Made by a program: the position numbers and the translations under genes
The notes under the pieces: model-generated
The model's database searches: none
What the model was told of the DNA's origin: nothing
What the model saw: the letters and a program-made list of their open reading frames with translations, nothing else
In this document: positions 24,958 to 37,686 of the stretch, piece after piece
Layout of the letters: the number at the start of each line of letters is the position of its first letter
How positions within the stretch are numbered: the stretch's first letter is position 1
Source of the DNA: Octopus sinensis
Taxonomy: Eukaryota
Direction: 5' to 3'
NCBI RefSeq assembly: GCF_006345805.1
Contig: NC_043009.1
Span: 9,610,001-9,674,000 of the forward strand
Length of the DNA: 64,000 bases

Positions 24958-26268
24958 CTGAAAATATACACATAAAATAATATTTGACATTATCAGTACC
25001 AATTTAAGAGCAAAATGTCAAACAACCTCTATAGGACTCAGCTTTCTTTTCAATTTATATCTAGGCGCAGAGGTGGCTGTGTGGTAAGTAGCTTGCTTAC
25101 CAGCCACATGGTTCCAGGTTCAGTCCCACTGCGTGGCATCTTGGGCAAGTGTCTTCTGCTATAGCCTCGGACCGACCAAAGCCTTGTGAGTGGATTTGGT
25201 AGACGGAAACTGAAAGAAGCCCATCGTATATAAGCATATATATATATATGTATGTGTGTGTATATGTTTGTGTGTCTGTGTTTGTCCCTCTAGCATTGCT
25301 TGACAACCAATGCTGGTGTGTTTACGTCCCCGTCACTTAGTGGTTCGACAAAAGAGGCCGATAGAATAAGTACTGGGCTTACAAAGAATAAGTCCTGGGG
25401 TCGATTTGCTCGACTAAAGGCAGTGCTCCAGCATGGCCGCAGTCAAATGACTGAAACAAGTAAAAGAGTATGAGTGTGCATGTGAGTGTGTAATGTATAT
25501 ATACATTTGTGTGTTAATGTATATGTGTATGTATATATATATAATTCAAAATATTCTATCACAATTCATCTAATTGTATATAATTATTGTTACTTTTCAT
25601 AAAAAAGCCTTTAATTTTTTGATATCCAATGTGCATTTTTGCTTCTTTCTTTCTCCATATCTCAATAATGAATGTCAATTAATTTAAGAATATTTAAATC
25701 ATTATTTCTTAACAATGTATATAATATATATATAATAAAAGAGTAAAAGAGTATATATATATATATATATATATATTGGTGTGTCCCGTCTTCCCTTCTC
25801 TGGATCTTTCCTTCTATGTTTCCGACGAAGAGCTCCGCTCAAAATGTTAAACCCTTCTTCTTTTTTTCTTTCCTGAGCGGCCAATAATACTATATTTGTT
25901 CCACGTCCTCGCGTTGTTGTGTTTTTTTGTGCTTTCTTGTTTGGATTAACTTTATATATATATGTATGTATGTATACATATATGTGTGTGTGTTTATGTT
26001 TGTTCCCCAACATCGCTTGACAACTGATGGTGGTATGTTTAAGTCCTCGTAACTTAGCGGTTCGGCGAAAGACACCAACAGAATAAGTACGAGGCTTACA
26101 AAGAATAAGTCCTTGGGTCGATTTGCTCGACTAAAGGCGGTGCCCCAGCATGGCCGCAGTCAAATGACTGAAATAAGTAAAAGAGCAAGAGTTCCACAGG
26201 ACTGTGATGATAAAATATGTTCAACAGGATTCTAATTACAAGAATTTGAAAACATTTTCAACACTTAC

Positions 26269-26399
26269 CAATTTTTTAGAGTTCACTTCTTTTAAGAAAA
26301 TATGGAAGTGTAGCTTATAGACATAGCGATGCTTCCATTCCATACGCACACAGGTGTCATTAACATTCAAGTGGACGTTCTTCACAGGTGACGGTTGGG
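26269..26399 (-). CDS. Receptor coding exon 5: first half of the second CBM FN3 (TQPSPVKNVHLNVNDTCVRMEWKH...KKL)
   Basis: Acceptor aattttacag|, donor TTG|GTAAGT; FN3 start P-x-P-V and conserved W; phase 1 to 0. Confidence 0.9.
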
Positions 26400-27742
26400 C
26401 TGTAAAATTACAGGTAAATATTGAATAAATTTTTTATAAAATTTATGTCAAAAAATTATTTTTCTTTTCGTTTTTTAGACATAGGCATGACTGAGCGGTT
26501 TCCCAGCCACATGGTTCTAGGTTCAGTCCCACTGCATGACACCCTGGGCAAGGGTCTTCTACTATAGCTTTGGGCCGAACAAAGCCTTGTGAGTGGATTT
26601 GATAGGCAGAAACTGAATGAAGCCAGTCATATGTGTGTGTATGTGTGTTTGTCCCTCACTACTGCTTGACAACCAGCGTTGGTTTGTTTACATCCCTGTA
26701 ACTTAGCGGTTCAGCAAAAGTGACTGACAGAATAAGTAGTAAGCTTTAAAAAAAATAAATACTAGGGTTGATTTATATGACTAAACCTCCTCTAGGTGCC
26801 CCAGCATGGCTACAGTCTAATGACTGAAACAAATAAAAGATATACTTTAGTCATGTTTCTTAATCTGATAATCCATTTTACAAAAGGCACAAGGCCTGAA
26901 ATTACATTGACCTCAGTGTATCACTGGTACTTAATTTATAAACCCCGCAAAAGAATGAAAGGCAAAGTCAACCTTGGTGGAATTTGAACTCAGCACATAG
27001 ACATATGAAATACCGCTAAGCATTTTACCTGGCATGCTAACGATTCTACCAGCTTGCTGCCTTTATTTCTTAATCTAACCCATATATACCCCTGGTTGCA
27101 TTTTCGCAATGCAAAACCTGCTCCTACCTATTTGGATATGAACTTGCTGGGAAGCATGTGACTGAACATACGAAATGCTTAGTGGAGAGTCAACACCCAT
27201 AGCTAACAGTTGCATACTGTTCTTCTCTTCCAGATTGTGTGTGCATGTGTGTTTGTGTCGCTTTGACTTGACATTGGAGTGATAGTTATAAATGAATGTC
27301 ACTATCATGATATAAGCAGTGTAATTCGTTTCCATTATTCTGTGAGAACAGGTTAATGGGGGAAATGATACCTTGCCTGGAAACAGATGAAGATTAGCAA
27401 CAGGAAAGGCATCTGAACATAGAAAATCAGCCTCAGCACACCCGGGTCCAACTGATGCAAAATATGGAAAAAAAAGTTAATATTGAAATGATGATGATGA
27501 TACACTGTATCATTAGCCAAGGTTAAGCTTACTATTACTATTGTTGCTCTTTTTTGTGCATCAATGTTGAATGCTGCTCAAATTAACTCAACCTAGCTGT
27601 ATATATATATATATGAGAAATTAAAAAAGGAAAATACACACACTTACATAGTTTTAATATAATTTTTAATATATCGACCGGTTTCGCTATCGCTATTCAT
27701 GATATTATGTTTTACTTATTCAAATATATATTTTTTAAGAAG

Positions 27743-27785
<43 letters not shown>

Positions 27786-28080
27786 ATATTCCAACTTCAT
27801 TCTTGTCAATCTAATGCCAGTTAGATATCAGTGTCAGGGTTATTCAATTCTAGATTAATTTAATCTACAAAGTATTCTTTGGATGTCCCTTCCTTTATTA
27901 AGTCATTCTCATTTACAGCCTTGAGGGCAACGAAATTCAGAGCATTCTTGATCTGACAACCTCCTTGATATATTGACATTGACTCTTCACTCAAACAAAA
28001 GGTTTCCTTTCTGGTGAAGACTCTTAGAGAGCAGCTGCAACTAATTATGGCATTTTGCTTTCGTACAATGAAGTGCAAAC

Positions 28081-28838
28081 ATTTCACACTTAAAACACAA
28101 GCATACCCAGGGAGGTGAGGGAAGAGAAAGGAGGAAAGACAGATGGGGAGAAAGAGAGAGAGAGGGAGAGAAAAAGGAGGAGAGACAGAGATAGAGGGAG
28201 GGAGAGGGTGAGGTTGGGACACAGAGAGAGAGCAAGACAGGAGAGGGGAGAGAGAGAAAGAGAGGGAGGACAGGGGTAGAGAGAGGGAGGAGAGCTGAAT
28301 GGAGAGAGAGACAGAAGGGGAGAGACAGAGAGAGTGAGACAGGAGAGGGGAGAGAGTGAAAGGGGGGGAGAGAGGGGGAGAGGAGAGATGGATGGAGAGA
28401 GAGAGGGAGAGAGACAGAGAGAGTGAAAGGGAGAGAGAGAGGAGATATGGATGGAGAGAGAGAGAGATTTCAGACCAGAATGACTAATCTCTCGCCAGCT
28501 TTTGAATTTTTACATTGAAACATACTTGTGGTGTCCCACTGTTGCTTAACCACCCCCCACTCCCACCACCATCAAGACTTCAGGCAGATAGTCTCTCCCC
28601 TCTCTCTCTCCATTCAGCTCTCCTCCCCCTCTTTCTCTCTCTGTCCTTCCCCTCTCTCTCTGTCCCTACCTCACCCTCTCCCTCCCTCTATCTCTGTCTC
28701 TCCTCCCTTTTCCCTCCCTCTCTCTCTGTCTCTCCTCCCTTTTCTCTCCCTCTCTCTCTCTCTTTATCCCCATCTGTCTTCCCTCCCCCTCTCTCTTCCC
28801 TCACCTCTCTGGGTATGCTTGTGTTTTAAGTGTGAAAT
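28081..28838. repeat. Long inverted repeat (about 250-bp arms, GA-rich / CT-rich)
   Basis: atttcacacttaaaacacaagcatacccag at 28081-28110 is mirrored at 28809-28838, and the match continues through the purine-rich arm. Confidence 0.85.
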
Positions 28839-30150
28839 ATGTGTGTGTGTGTGTGTTTTCCCCTTTTCTTGATATTAGGTGGTGGTTGCAGTTGTGAGTC
28901 ACAGTCATTCAAGCAGAATCATTCATTTTCCATATTCTGCAAACCACGTCAGGCCAAGCACAAATATTGCACTGCTTGGATTCAGGTGAGCGACGGAGAC
29001 AGGAAGGGCATTTGACTGTCGAAAAATCTGCCTTAATAAACTCCATTTGACCCATGCAAGCATTAGGAAGGGCATCAAGCTGTAGAAAGGCAGCCAGATC
29101 AGATTGGGGCCTGGTGCAGCCTCCTGGTTTCCCAGACCCCAGTCGAACTGTCCAACCAAGCCAACATGGAAAACAGAAATTAAACGATGATGATAATGAT
29201 GATGATGATTTTTAACTCCAAGCTGCCATGCATCCTCATTAACCAAAACTGTGAAGAATGAAAATATAATTATATTTAATATGAGTGCAGGTGTAGCTGT
29301 GTGGTAAGTTTGCTTCCCAATCACATGGTTCAGAGTTCAGTCCCACTACATGGTACCTTGTGCAAGTGACTTCTACTATAGCCCCTGGCTAAACAAAGCC
29401 TGGAGTGGATTTGGTAGAGGGGGAACTGAAAAAAAAAATCATCAGGAGTGGCTGTGTGGTAAGTAGCTTGCTTACCAGCCACATGGTTCCGGGTTCAGTC
29501 CCACTGTGTGACACCTTGGGCAAGTGTCTTCTACTATAGCCTCGGGCCAACCAAAGCCTTGTGAGTGGATTTGGTAGACGGAAACTGGAAGAAGCCCATC
29601 GTATATATGTATATATATGTATGTGTGTATATGTTTGTGTGTCTGTGTTTGTCCCCCACAACATCACTTGACAACCGATGCTGGTGTGTTTACGTCCCCG
29701 TAACTTAGCGGGTCAGCAAAAGAGACTGATAGAATAAGTACTAGGCTTACAAAGAATAAGTCCTGGGGTCGATTTACTCGACTAAAAGGTGGTGCTCCAG
29801 CATGGCCGCAGTCAAATGACTGAAACAAGTAAAAGAGTAAAGAGTAAAAGAGTATGTGTACATGTGTGTGTGTGTGTGTGTATAAAAGACAGAGAATGTG
29901 TGTATGTTTGTGTCTTGTTTTAACATCACATGATTGTCATACAAACAGTGTCATTCATTTTCAATATACTAGGGGAACATGTCTGGCCATGGGGAAATAT
30001 TATCTTGTTTGGAAACCAGTGGGGGTTGGTGACAAGAAGGGCATCCAACTGCAGAGAATCTGCCTCAATAAACTCAACCCAACTCATGCAAGCATAGAAA
30101 AGTGAACTTTAAAATGATAACGATGATGTATAAACGAATGGATTTCTTAC

Positions 30151-30317
30151 TTGGTTTTGATGCATTCAGTCTAATGTGTGTCCTTTGTTGATACTTAGTC
30201 TCCTTGTATGTGTAGTGGACTGTGAAATCTAAACCAAGTGATATGGTCAAGTCTATCTCATCTCGGCTTAAATTCATCCAGGTCAGAGATTTTTGTAAGG
30301 AAGTACATTTCTTTGCT
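30151..30317 (-). CDS. Receptor coding exon 4: second half of the first CBM FN3 (LAKKCTSLQKSLTWMNLS...RLNASKP)
   Basis: Acceptor tgttgccattgcag|, donor CCAA|GTAAGA; the only candidate found with the required phase 2 to 1; supplies the fourth Cys. Confidence 0.75.
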
Positions 30318-32198
30318 CTGCAATGGCAACAGACATACAACACATAAGGACATTGTAAAACTTGTAAATAGGACGATACAATACTACTATTTTAACCTTT
30401 TTGTTACCAACCTGGCTGAAACAAGCTCTGGTTCTGTTGTACAACTGTCTTGTTTTCATAAGGTTTTAATTAAAATCTTCCACCAAACCTTAGTCACAAT
30501 TTATGTTCCTAACACTAGCTGAATGATAAGTAAGTTATTTTACTAAATTCTTTGTTAGATTTAAAATAAATTGAAAGAAACACAGAACATCTCAACAGAA
30601 ATACAGTAACGAAAGGGTTAATAAGTAAATGTCATATGTTTTTTAGAGAACAGAGAGCAAAATTGAGCCCTTGTTATTGAATCTAGCAGCAAATGGGATA
30701 TAAATCGGCTCCAGCTGGAAATAAAACAATATCAGTCTGTATGAACAAACAAACAAAAAATTTCATCATTATCCCCATCACCACAGCACCACCAGCAACA
30801 TAATCTCCTTCCTTCATTTAGGTAACACTGATCAAACTGATTCCACTATTTAACTATAAGAATGTTTATAAACACTTAAACTAGGAATTATTAAAAGAGA
30901 TATTAGAAACTATTAATATAAAAGCAGAAGTGAAGAAAAAACAGACTATAGGTTAATGTCTGGGCCTTTGAAAAAATGTCCCTGCTAAGCAGTCATTGGA
31001 TAAAATTTGGAAGTTTCTTTTGCTTCCAAAACTGTACACATCCTTCACCCAATCAGCAAAGATATTTGTTTCTTCATTGATACATTTGATAGTCTTTCAA
31101 AACTTTTTGTAGTTCCAATTGCTTCATTTTCATCTGAAGATTGGTAACATGAATTACAGTGCAATGTCTTGTGAATCTATCTATCTAGCGTTATCAATAA
31201 TAATACGAATGATGATATTGGTAGCATTAGTGGTAATGACAATGATAATGATGCTAATATTAATGACATTTTGGAAATTGTTATGAATTAATATAATGTA
31301 CTCTTGACTCTGTATATCTGCATTTAGGTATTAATAAGTTTATGTTTTTCTACATTGTAATTATCACAATATTAAGCTGAAAAACTGTAACATTGAATGT
31401 GGAACATATATATGTTTATTGATCTATATTATTTATATTATTTATATCATTATGTATATGTATATTTATATGTATAGGAGTGTGAGTATATGCACTCATA
31501 TGTATATGTATATGTTTTATTATGGGTATGTACCCACACCTATATAAATGTGTATGTAATCTGATTTGTATCACATAATCTCCGAAGAGGCCTTAGGATA
31601 TTTTTGTAAATGTCTCATTTATAACTACGAGACATACTTATCTGCATGGCCGAAACAGCTGTAAGATGTAGTCTATATTTATACTTATATTTACTTATTT
31701 TTATATTCTCTTATACATATTGTACTTACTGTATAACATTACTCCTTTATGTACACTATTTTGTTCTACTTTATTATGTTTGTCCTTAAAGTTTCTTATG
31801 TGGTGGTTTAATAAAGTATGTGATTGGGTATTATCTGGTAATCGATATTTGATTTAGATGTATTTCTCCATTTTCTTATTTTGTATATATATATATATAT
31901 AAGGGTACAATTCAAGCATGATCGTTACCAGTGTCGCCTTTCTGGCACCTGTGCCGGTGGCATGTGTAAAAATATTCGAGCGAGGTCATTGCCAGTATTG
32001 CCTCACTGGCCCTGTGCCGGTGGCACATAAAAAGCGCTCACTACACTCTCGAAGTGGTTGGCGTTAGGAAGGGCATCCAGCTGTAGAAACTCTGCCAGAT
32101 CAGATTGGAGTCTGGTGCAGCCATCTGGTTTGCCAGACCTCAGTCAAATCATTCAACCCATGCTAGCATGGAAAACGGACGTTAAACGATGATGATGA

Positions 32199-32240
<42 letters not shown>

Positions 32241-32308
32241 AAGATTATATATAGGTATCAGTGAGCTTCCTGACCTTCGGCCTGGTTTGTTGAAATGTAT
32301 TCATAAAC

Positions 32309-32356
<48 letters not shown>

Positions 32357-32590
32357 AATATAAACTAATATGTGCCTATTTATATACACATCTGTATTTT
32401 TCTAATTTATCTTCCACTTACATAATTCTTTCCTCTCATAATTTTTTTTTACATACAACCAAACAAAATACTTTCCTTTTTCTTGTACTTATGCAAATGC
32501 CTGTATACACACACACACATGTAATTAATTATGTATATATGAAGTGTGCCGTGCGCGAGAAGACCCGGCAGGACAAGTGAGACCATAACC

Positions 32591-32827
32591 TATTTCTTTA
32601 TTACCCACAAGGGGCTAAACACAGAGCGGACAAACAAGGACAGACATAGGTATTAAGTTGATTACATCGACCCCAGTGCGTAACTGGTACTTAATTTATC
32701 GACCCCGAAAGGATGAAAGGCAAAGTCGACCTCGGCGGAATTTGAACTCACAACGTAACGCAGACAAAATACCGCTAAGCATTTCGCTCGCCGTGCTAAT
32801 GTTTGTGCCAGCTCGCCGCCTTTTCCC
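32591..32827 (-). mobile_element. tRNA-derived SINE family C with a 14-bp target-site duplication
   Basis: Core gccgaggtcgactttgcctttcatcctttcggggtcgataaa; TSD GTGAGACCATAACC at 32577-32590 and 32828-32841. Other copies near 7700-7935, 8725-8945, 26880-27060, 34075-34490 (tandem dimer), 55460-55680 and 61700-61880. Confidence 0.85.
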
Positions 32828-33476
32828 GTGAGACCATAACCCGTGGCCTTCTACATGGGATGGAGTCAGCCTACGTATGCATACCTTCCCTTCTTGGGAC
32901 ACAAAACTCTACTTGTGAAGACCTGTTGAGGCAAGTGAGGATCAGAATCGAAATCCATCAATAGAAATTGCAGATGTGTTACCAGTGCCGGTGGCATGTA
33001 AGAGATCCATCCGTTCGTGACCGTTGCCAGCACCGCTCCGACTGGCCTCGTGCCGGCGGCACGTAAAAAGCACCATCCGTTCGTGTCCATTGCCAGCCTC
33101 GCCTGTCCCCCGTGCCGGTGGCACATAAAAGGCACCATCCGTTCGTGGCCGTTTGCCAGCTCTGTCTGGCACCTGTGCGGGTGGCACGTAAAAAGCACCC
33201 ACTATACTCACGGAGTGGTTGGCATTAGGAAGGGCATCCAGCCGTAGAAACACTGCCAGATCTGACTGGGCCTGATGAATCCTTCTGGCTTCACAGACCC
33301 CAGTAGAACCGTCCAACCTATGCTAGCATGGAAAACGGACGCTAAATGATGATGATGATGATGATGATGATGATATATTTTAAGCATGTGTGTATGCAGA
33401 TGAGTATTTAAGTACATATATATGTGCACATGCACTTCAGTGTGCATATGTATATGTGAGTTTATGTAGATGCATG

Positions 33477-33514
<38 letters not shown>

Positions 33515-33829
33515 AGCAGATGCACATATACAAGTACACAGATGTATATGGCTGCATGCCTCTGTGTGTGTGTGTGCATATGTATGCATGTATGCATAGA
33601 TATGAGTGTATGTATGTATATATGAATGCTGAGATATATATATATATATATGGGTGTATATACATACATTTCTACAGCTGAGTGAACTAGAGCAATGTGG
33701 AATAAAGTGTCTTGCTCAAGAACACAACATGCAGCTCAGTCCGGGAATCAAACTCACAACCTCATGATTGTAAGCTTGGTGCTCTAACCACTGAGCCATG
33801 CACCTTTACTCACACACACACACACACAA

Positions 33830-34032
33830 GGGGATGCTGAAAAGTTCCTGGCTTTAAAGGGTATCGTTAAAGGCCTGGTCAGAAGACCAACCTCCCAAGT
33901 TCTTTTACATGGCTTCTAGAAACCAAAGGACAGCTGCATTAAGTCTGTGAATCTGGGAAGAGAATATGTGTTGAATAAAATCATAACTCCTGTATTTTCT
34001 GTTACCCACACCCAAGAAATTTTCAGCACCTC
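33830..34032. mobile_element. Mariner-derived MITE; related copy at about 39958-40165
   Basis: Terminal inverted repeats tgctgaaaagttc / gaaattttcagca; about 200 bp; the same terminus recurs at 39960. Confidence 0.6.
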
Positions 34033-36738
34033 TTATAGGGGAGATGCAAGTAGTATATATCCATTGACATGTAAGGTGGCGAGCTGGCAGACAATTAGCG
34101 CGCCGGGCGGAATGCTTAGCGGTATTTCGTCTGCCGTTATGTTCTGAGTTCAAATTCCGCCGAGGTCGACTTTGCCTTTCATCCTTTTGGTGTCGATAAA
34201 TAAAGTACCAGTTTCGCACTGGGGTCGATATAATCGACTTAATACCTATGTCTGTCCTTGTTTGTCCCTTCTGTGTTTAGCCCCTTGTGGGTAGTAGAGA
34301 AATAGGTATTTCGTCTGTCGTTACGTTCTGAGTTCAAATTCCGCCGAGGTCGACTTTGCCTTTCATCCTTTCGGGGTCGATAAATAAAAGTACCAGTTTC
34401 GCACTGGGGTCGATGTAATCGACTTAATCCCTTTGTCTGTCCTTGTTTGTCCCCTCTGTGTTTAGCCCCTTGTGGGCAATAAAGAAATATATATCCATTG
34501 ACAATTAGCAATAAGTATGTAGAAGGAGTGCTTACCAGTAAAACTCTGGCTTGAAGTGCGAATGGGAACAATGTGTAGAAGTTGCCTATCTAAGGTGGCT
34601 AAGCACTGGTACATGATTCAGTGGGTACATGTAGATCAAAAATAGGGATATGCACAAACAAAACATTTGGCATTATTTGAGATAAATTAACTTTATAATA
34701 AAGTACAAATAGGCGCAGGAGTGGCTGTGTGGTAAGTAGCTTGCTTACCAACCACATGGTTCCGGGTTCAGTCCCACTGCGTGGCATCTTGGTCAAGTGT
34801 CTTCTGCTATAGCCCCGGGCCAACCAATGCCTTGTGAGTGGATTTGGTAGACGGAAACTGAAAGAAGCCTGTCGTATATATGTATATATATATGTATGTG
34901 TGTTTGTCCCCCTAGCATTGCTTGACAACCGATGCTGGTGTGTTTACATCCCCGTCACTTAGCAGTTCAGCAAAAGAGACCGATAGAATAAGTACTGGGC
35001 TTACAAAGAATAAGTCCCGGGGTCGATTTGCTCGACTAAAGGCGGTGCTCCAGCATGGCCGCAGTCAAATGACTGAAACAAGTAAAAGAAAGAGTAAAAG
35101 AAAAAGTATAAAGTATAAACTGCTTATCTATTTAATACTATATTGGTACTTTATTACGAACTTTACTGGTACTTTATTAAGCCTATTTTTCAGAAAGTTA
35201 TGGGGTGGGGGACAAAGCCTACTCACATAGATTTTCGTCAACTCCTCTCCCCCTTCACCTGAAAACAATTTTTTTTCACAAAAAATTCAGGTATTATCAA
35301 AATCTACACCATTTGAAGCATATTTATAGAAAATTTCATTGGAAACATCTATTTTTCTGGAAGTTAAGAAGAAACAAATACCTAATATGGGTATACTGAA
35401 TTTAAATATGAAGTTAGTTTTTCTCTGTAAGCACTAGATTTTTTGCATTAAGGTTTTTTTATATATTTTCTAAATTTTGAATATTTCCCAAGATATGATG
35501 TAATCCATCTGATAATTTTCTAGTTATACTATCTTCAAACTAGTTGGGAAAGAACAAATATCTATGCATTGAGATTCTAATTTTATTCATATATAGGAGT
35601 TAGTATACCACAATAAGAATGTCAGTTTTTACCATCATTTGCTTTCCAATTGAAAATATATATTATATACAATCGGAATCGAAATTGAACCAATCCTATG
35701 ACTGGCACCCGGCAGATGCCAGGACGCCTGGACTGGTGGTACGTAAAAAGCACTATCCGAATCGTGGCCGATGCCAGTGCCGCCTCGAATGGCTTCCGTG
35801 CCGGTGGCATGTAAAATGCACCAATCCGACCGTGGCCGTTGCCAGCCTCGCCTGGCACCTGTGCAGGTGGCACGTAAAAAGCACCCACTACACTCACGGA
35901 GTGGTTGGCATTAGGAAGGGCATCCAGCTGTAGAAACATTGCCAGATAAGACTGGAGCCTGGTGCAGCCTTCTGGCTTCTCAGATCCCCGGTCGAACCGT
36001 TCAACCCATGCTAGCATGGAGAACGGACGTTAAACGATGATGATGATGAAATGATAGGTGTACATAGATGAAAAACTGATTAGGATGGGAGATAAAACAA
36101 GCAGGTGTTATTCACGCAAGGATTTGCGCTTGGAGTTCTTGCATTTGTAGACTTACTCAGGGAAATTTCATTTAATGCTCCAACAAATAAGAAGCTTTTG
36201 CAATTTGGTCAAGAAGATGTTTTTCTTGCAGCCTGGATGCTGGACCTTCAGCTGCAGTCTTGGAGAGTCCCAAATCAATTAGTTCTGTTTGGCTAAGCTG
36301 TTGAGGAGTTGATTTTATAGTAGTATTACAGGGGTCTTGGAATTCTAAAGTAATTTCTTGATCTTTGTGGAGGAGGGAAACCCAAGGAAAACTGGAATCA
36401 AGAATGTCTCAGAATGCTAAAGAAATATTGGGATAAGATATTTTATACCTATTTTTTTTTTTGCCAATGCTTTTTTGTATTTAGGATATAAAAATAACAG
36501 TCACTTGTATGTACCCTGGATTCTCACCAAACCATAGGAACTCCAAATGGCAGGTAATACTCATTTTTGCCAGCTGAGTTGACAGGAGCAATATGAAATA
36601 AAGTGTCTCACTCAAGAACATAACACACAGCTGATTATTGAACTCACAAACCTACGACTGTAAGCTAAATACCCTGACCACTAAACCACACTTTATCTAC
36701 TTCAAGTTCCATTGCTAATAATTATATATATATATATA

Positions 36739-37138
36739 GGCGCAGGAGTGGCTGTGTGGTAAGTAGCTTGCTAAGCAACCACATGGTTCCGGGTTCAGTC
36801 CCACTGCGTGGCATCTTGGGCAAGTGTCTTCTGCTATAGCCCCGGGCCGACCAATGCCTTGTGAGTGGATTTGGCAGACGGAAACTGAAAGAAGCCTGTC
36901 GTATATATATATGTGTGTGTGTTTGTGTGTCTGTGTTTGTCCCCCTAGCATTGCTTGACAACCAATGCCGGTGCATTTACGTCCCCGTCACTTAGCGGTT
37001 CGGCAAAAGAGACTGATAGAATAAGTACTGGGCTTACAAAGAATAAGTCCCGGGGTCGATTTGCTCGACTAAAGGCGGTGCTTCAGCATGGCTGCAGTCA
37101 AATGACTGAAACAAGTAAAAGAGTAAAGAGTAAAGAGT
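36739..37138 (+). mobile_element. tRNA-derived SINE family A (representative copy)
   Basis: Head ggcgcaggagtggctgtgtggtaag...gggttcagtccc, internal (TA)/(TG) microsatellite, (aaagagt)n tail. Similar copies: 2250-2672(-), 12845-13240(-), 14340-14762(-), 15911-16308(+), 20098-20455(-), 23453-23860(+), 25063-25470(+), 29441-29852(+), 34712-35102(+), 37425-37860(-), 38448-38852(-), 39245-39655(+), 60335-60750(+), 61185-61668(-); boundaries approximate. Confidence 0.9.
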
Positions 37139-37641
37139 ATATATATGTGACCGCGTGTGTATTGTTGGTGATTTTTCCTCCGTCTTCCCTTCCTTGGACC
37201 TTTCCTTTATGTATGTTTCTGACAAAGAGCTCTGCTCGAAACGTTAAATCCTCCTTCTTTCTTTCCTTTCCTGAGCGTCCAATAACTCTATACTTGTTCC
37301 ACATCCTCGCGTTATTGTGTTTTCATGTTTGGATTAACTATATATATATATATGTACACACACACACACACATGTATATATGTATGTATACATAAATAGA
37401 TAAGTGCAAGCCTATTTACATTCTCTTTTACTCTTTTTTTTTTTTTTACTTGTTTCAGTCATTTGACCGCGGCCATGCTGGAGCACCACCTTTAGTCGAG
37501 CAAATCGACCCCGGGACTTATTCTTTGTAAGCCCAGTACTTATTCTATCGGTCTCTTTTGTCGAACCGCTAAGTGACGGGGACGTAAACACACCAGCATC
37601 GGTCGTCAAGCAATGCTAGGGGGACAAACACAGACACAGAA

Positions 37642-37686
<45 letters not shown>

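Noticed and set aside
31040-31135. Minus-strand acceptor with short open frames
   Set aside because: The phase-2 frame hits TGA at once and the other frames show no FN3 features
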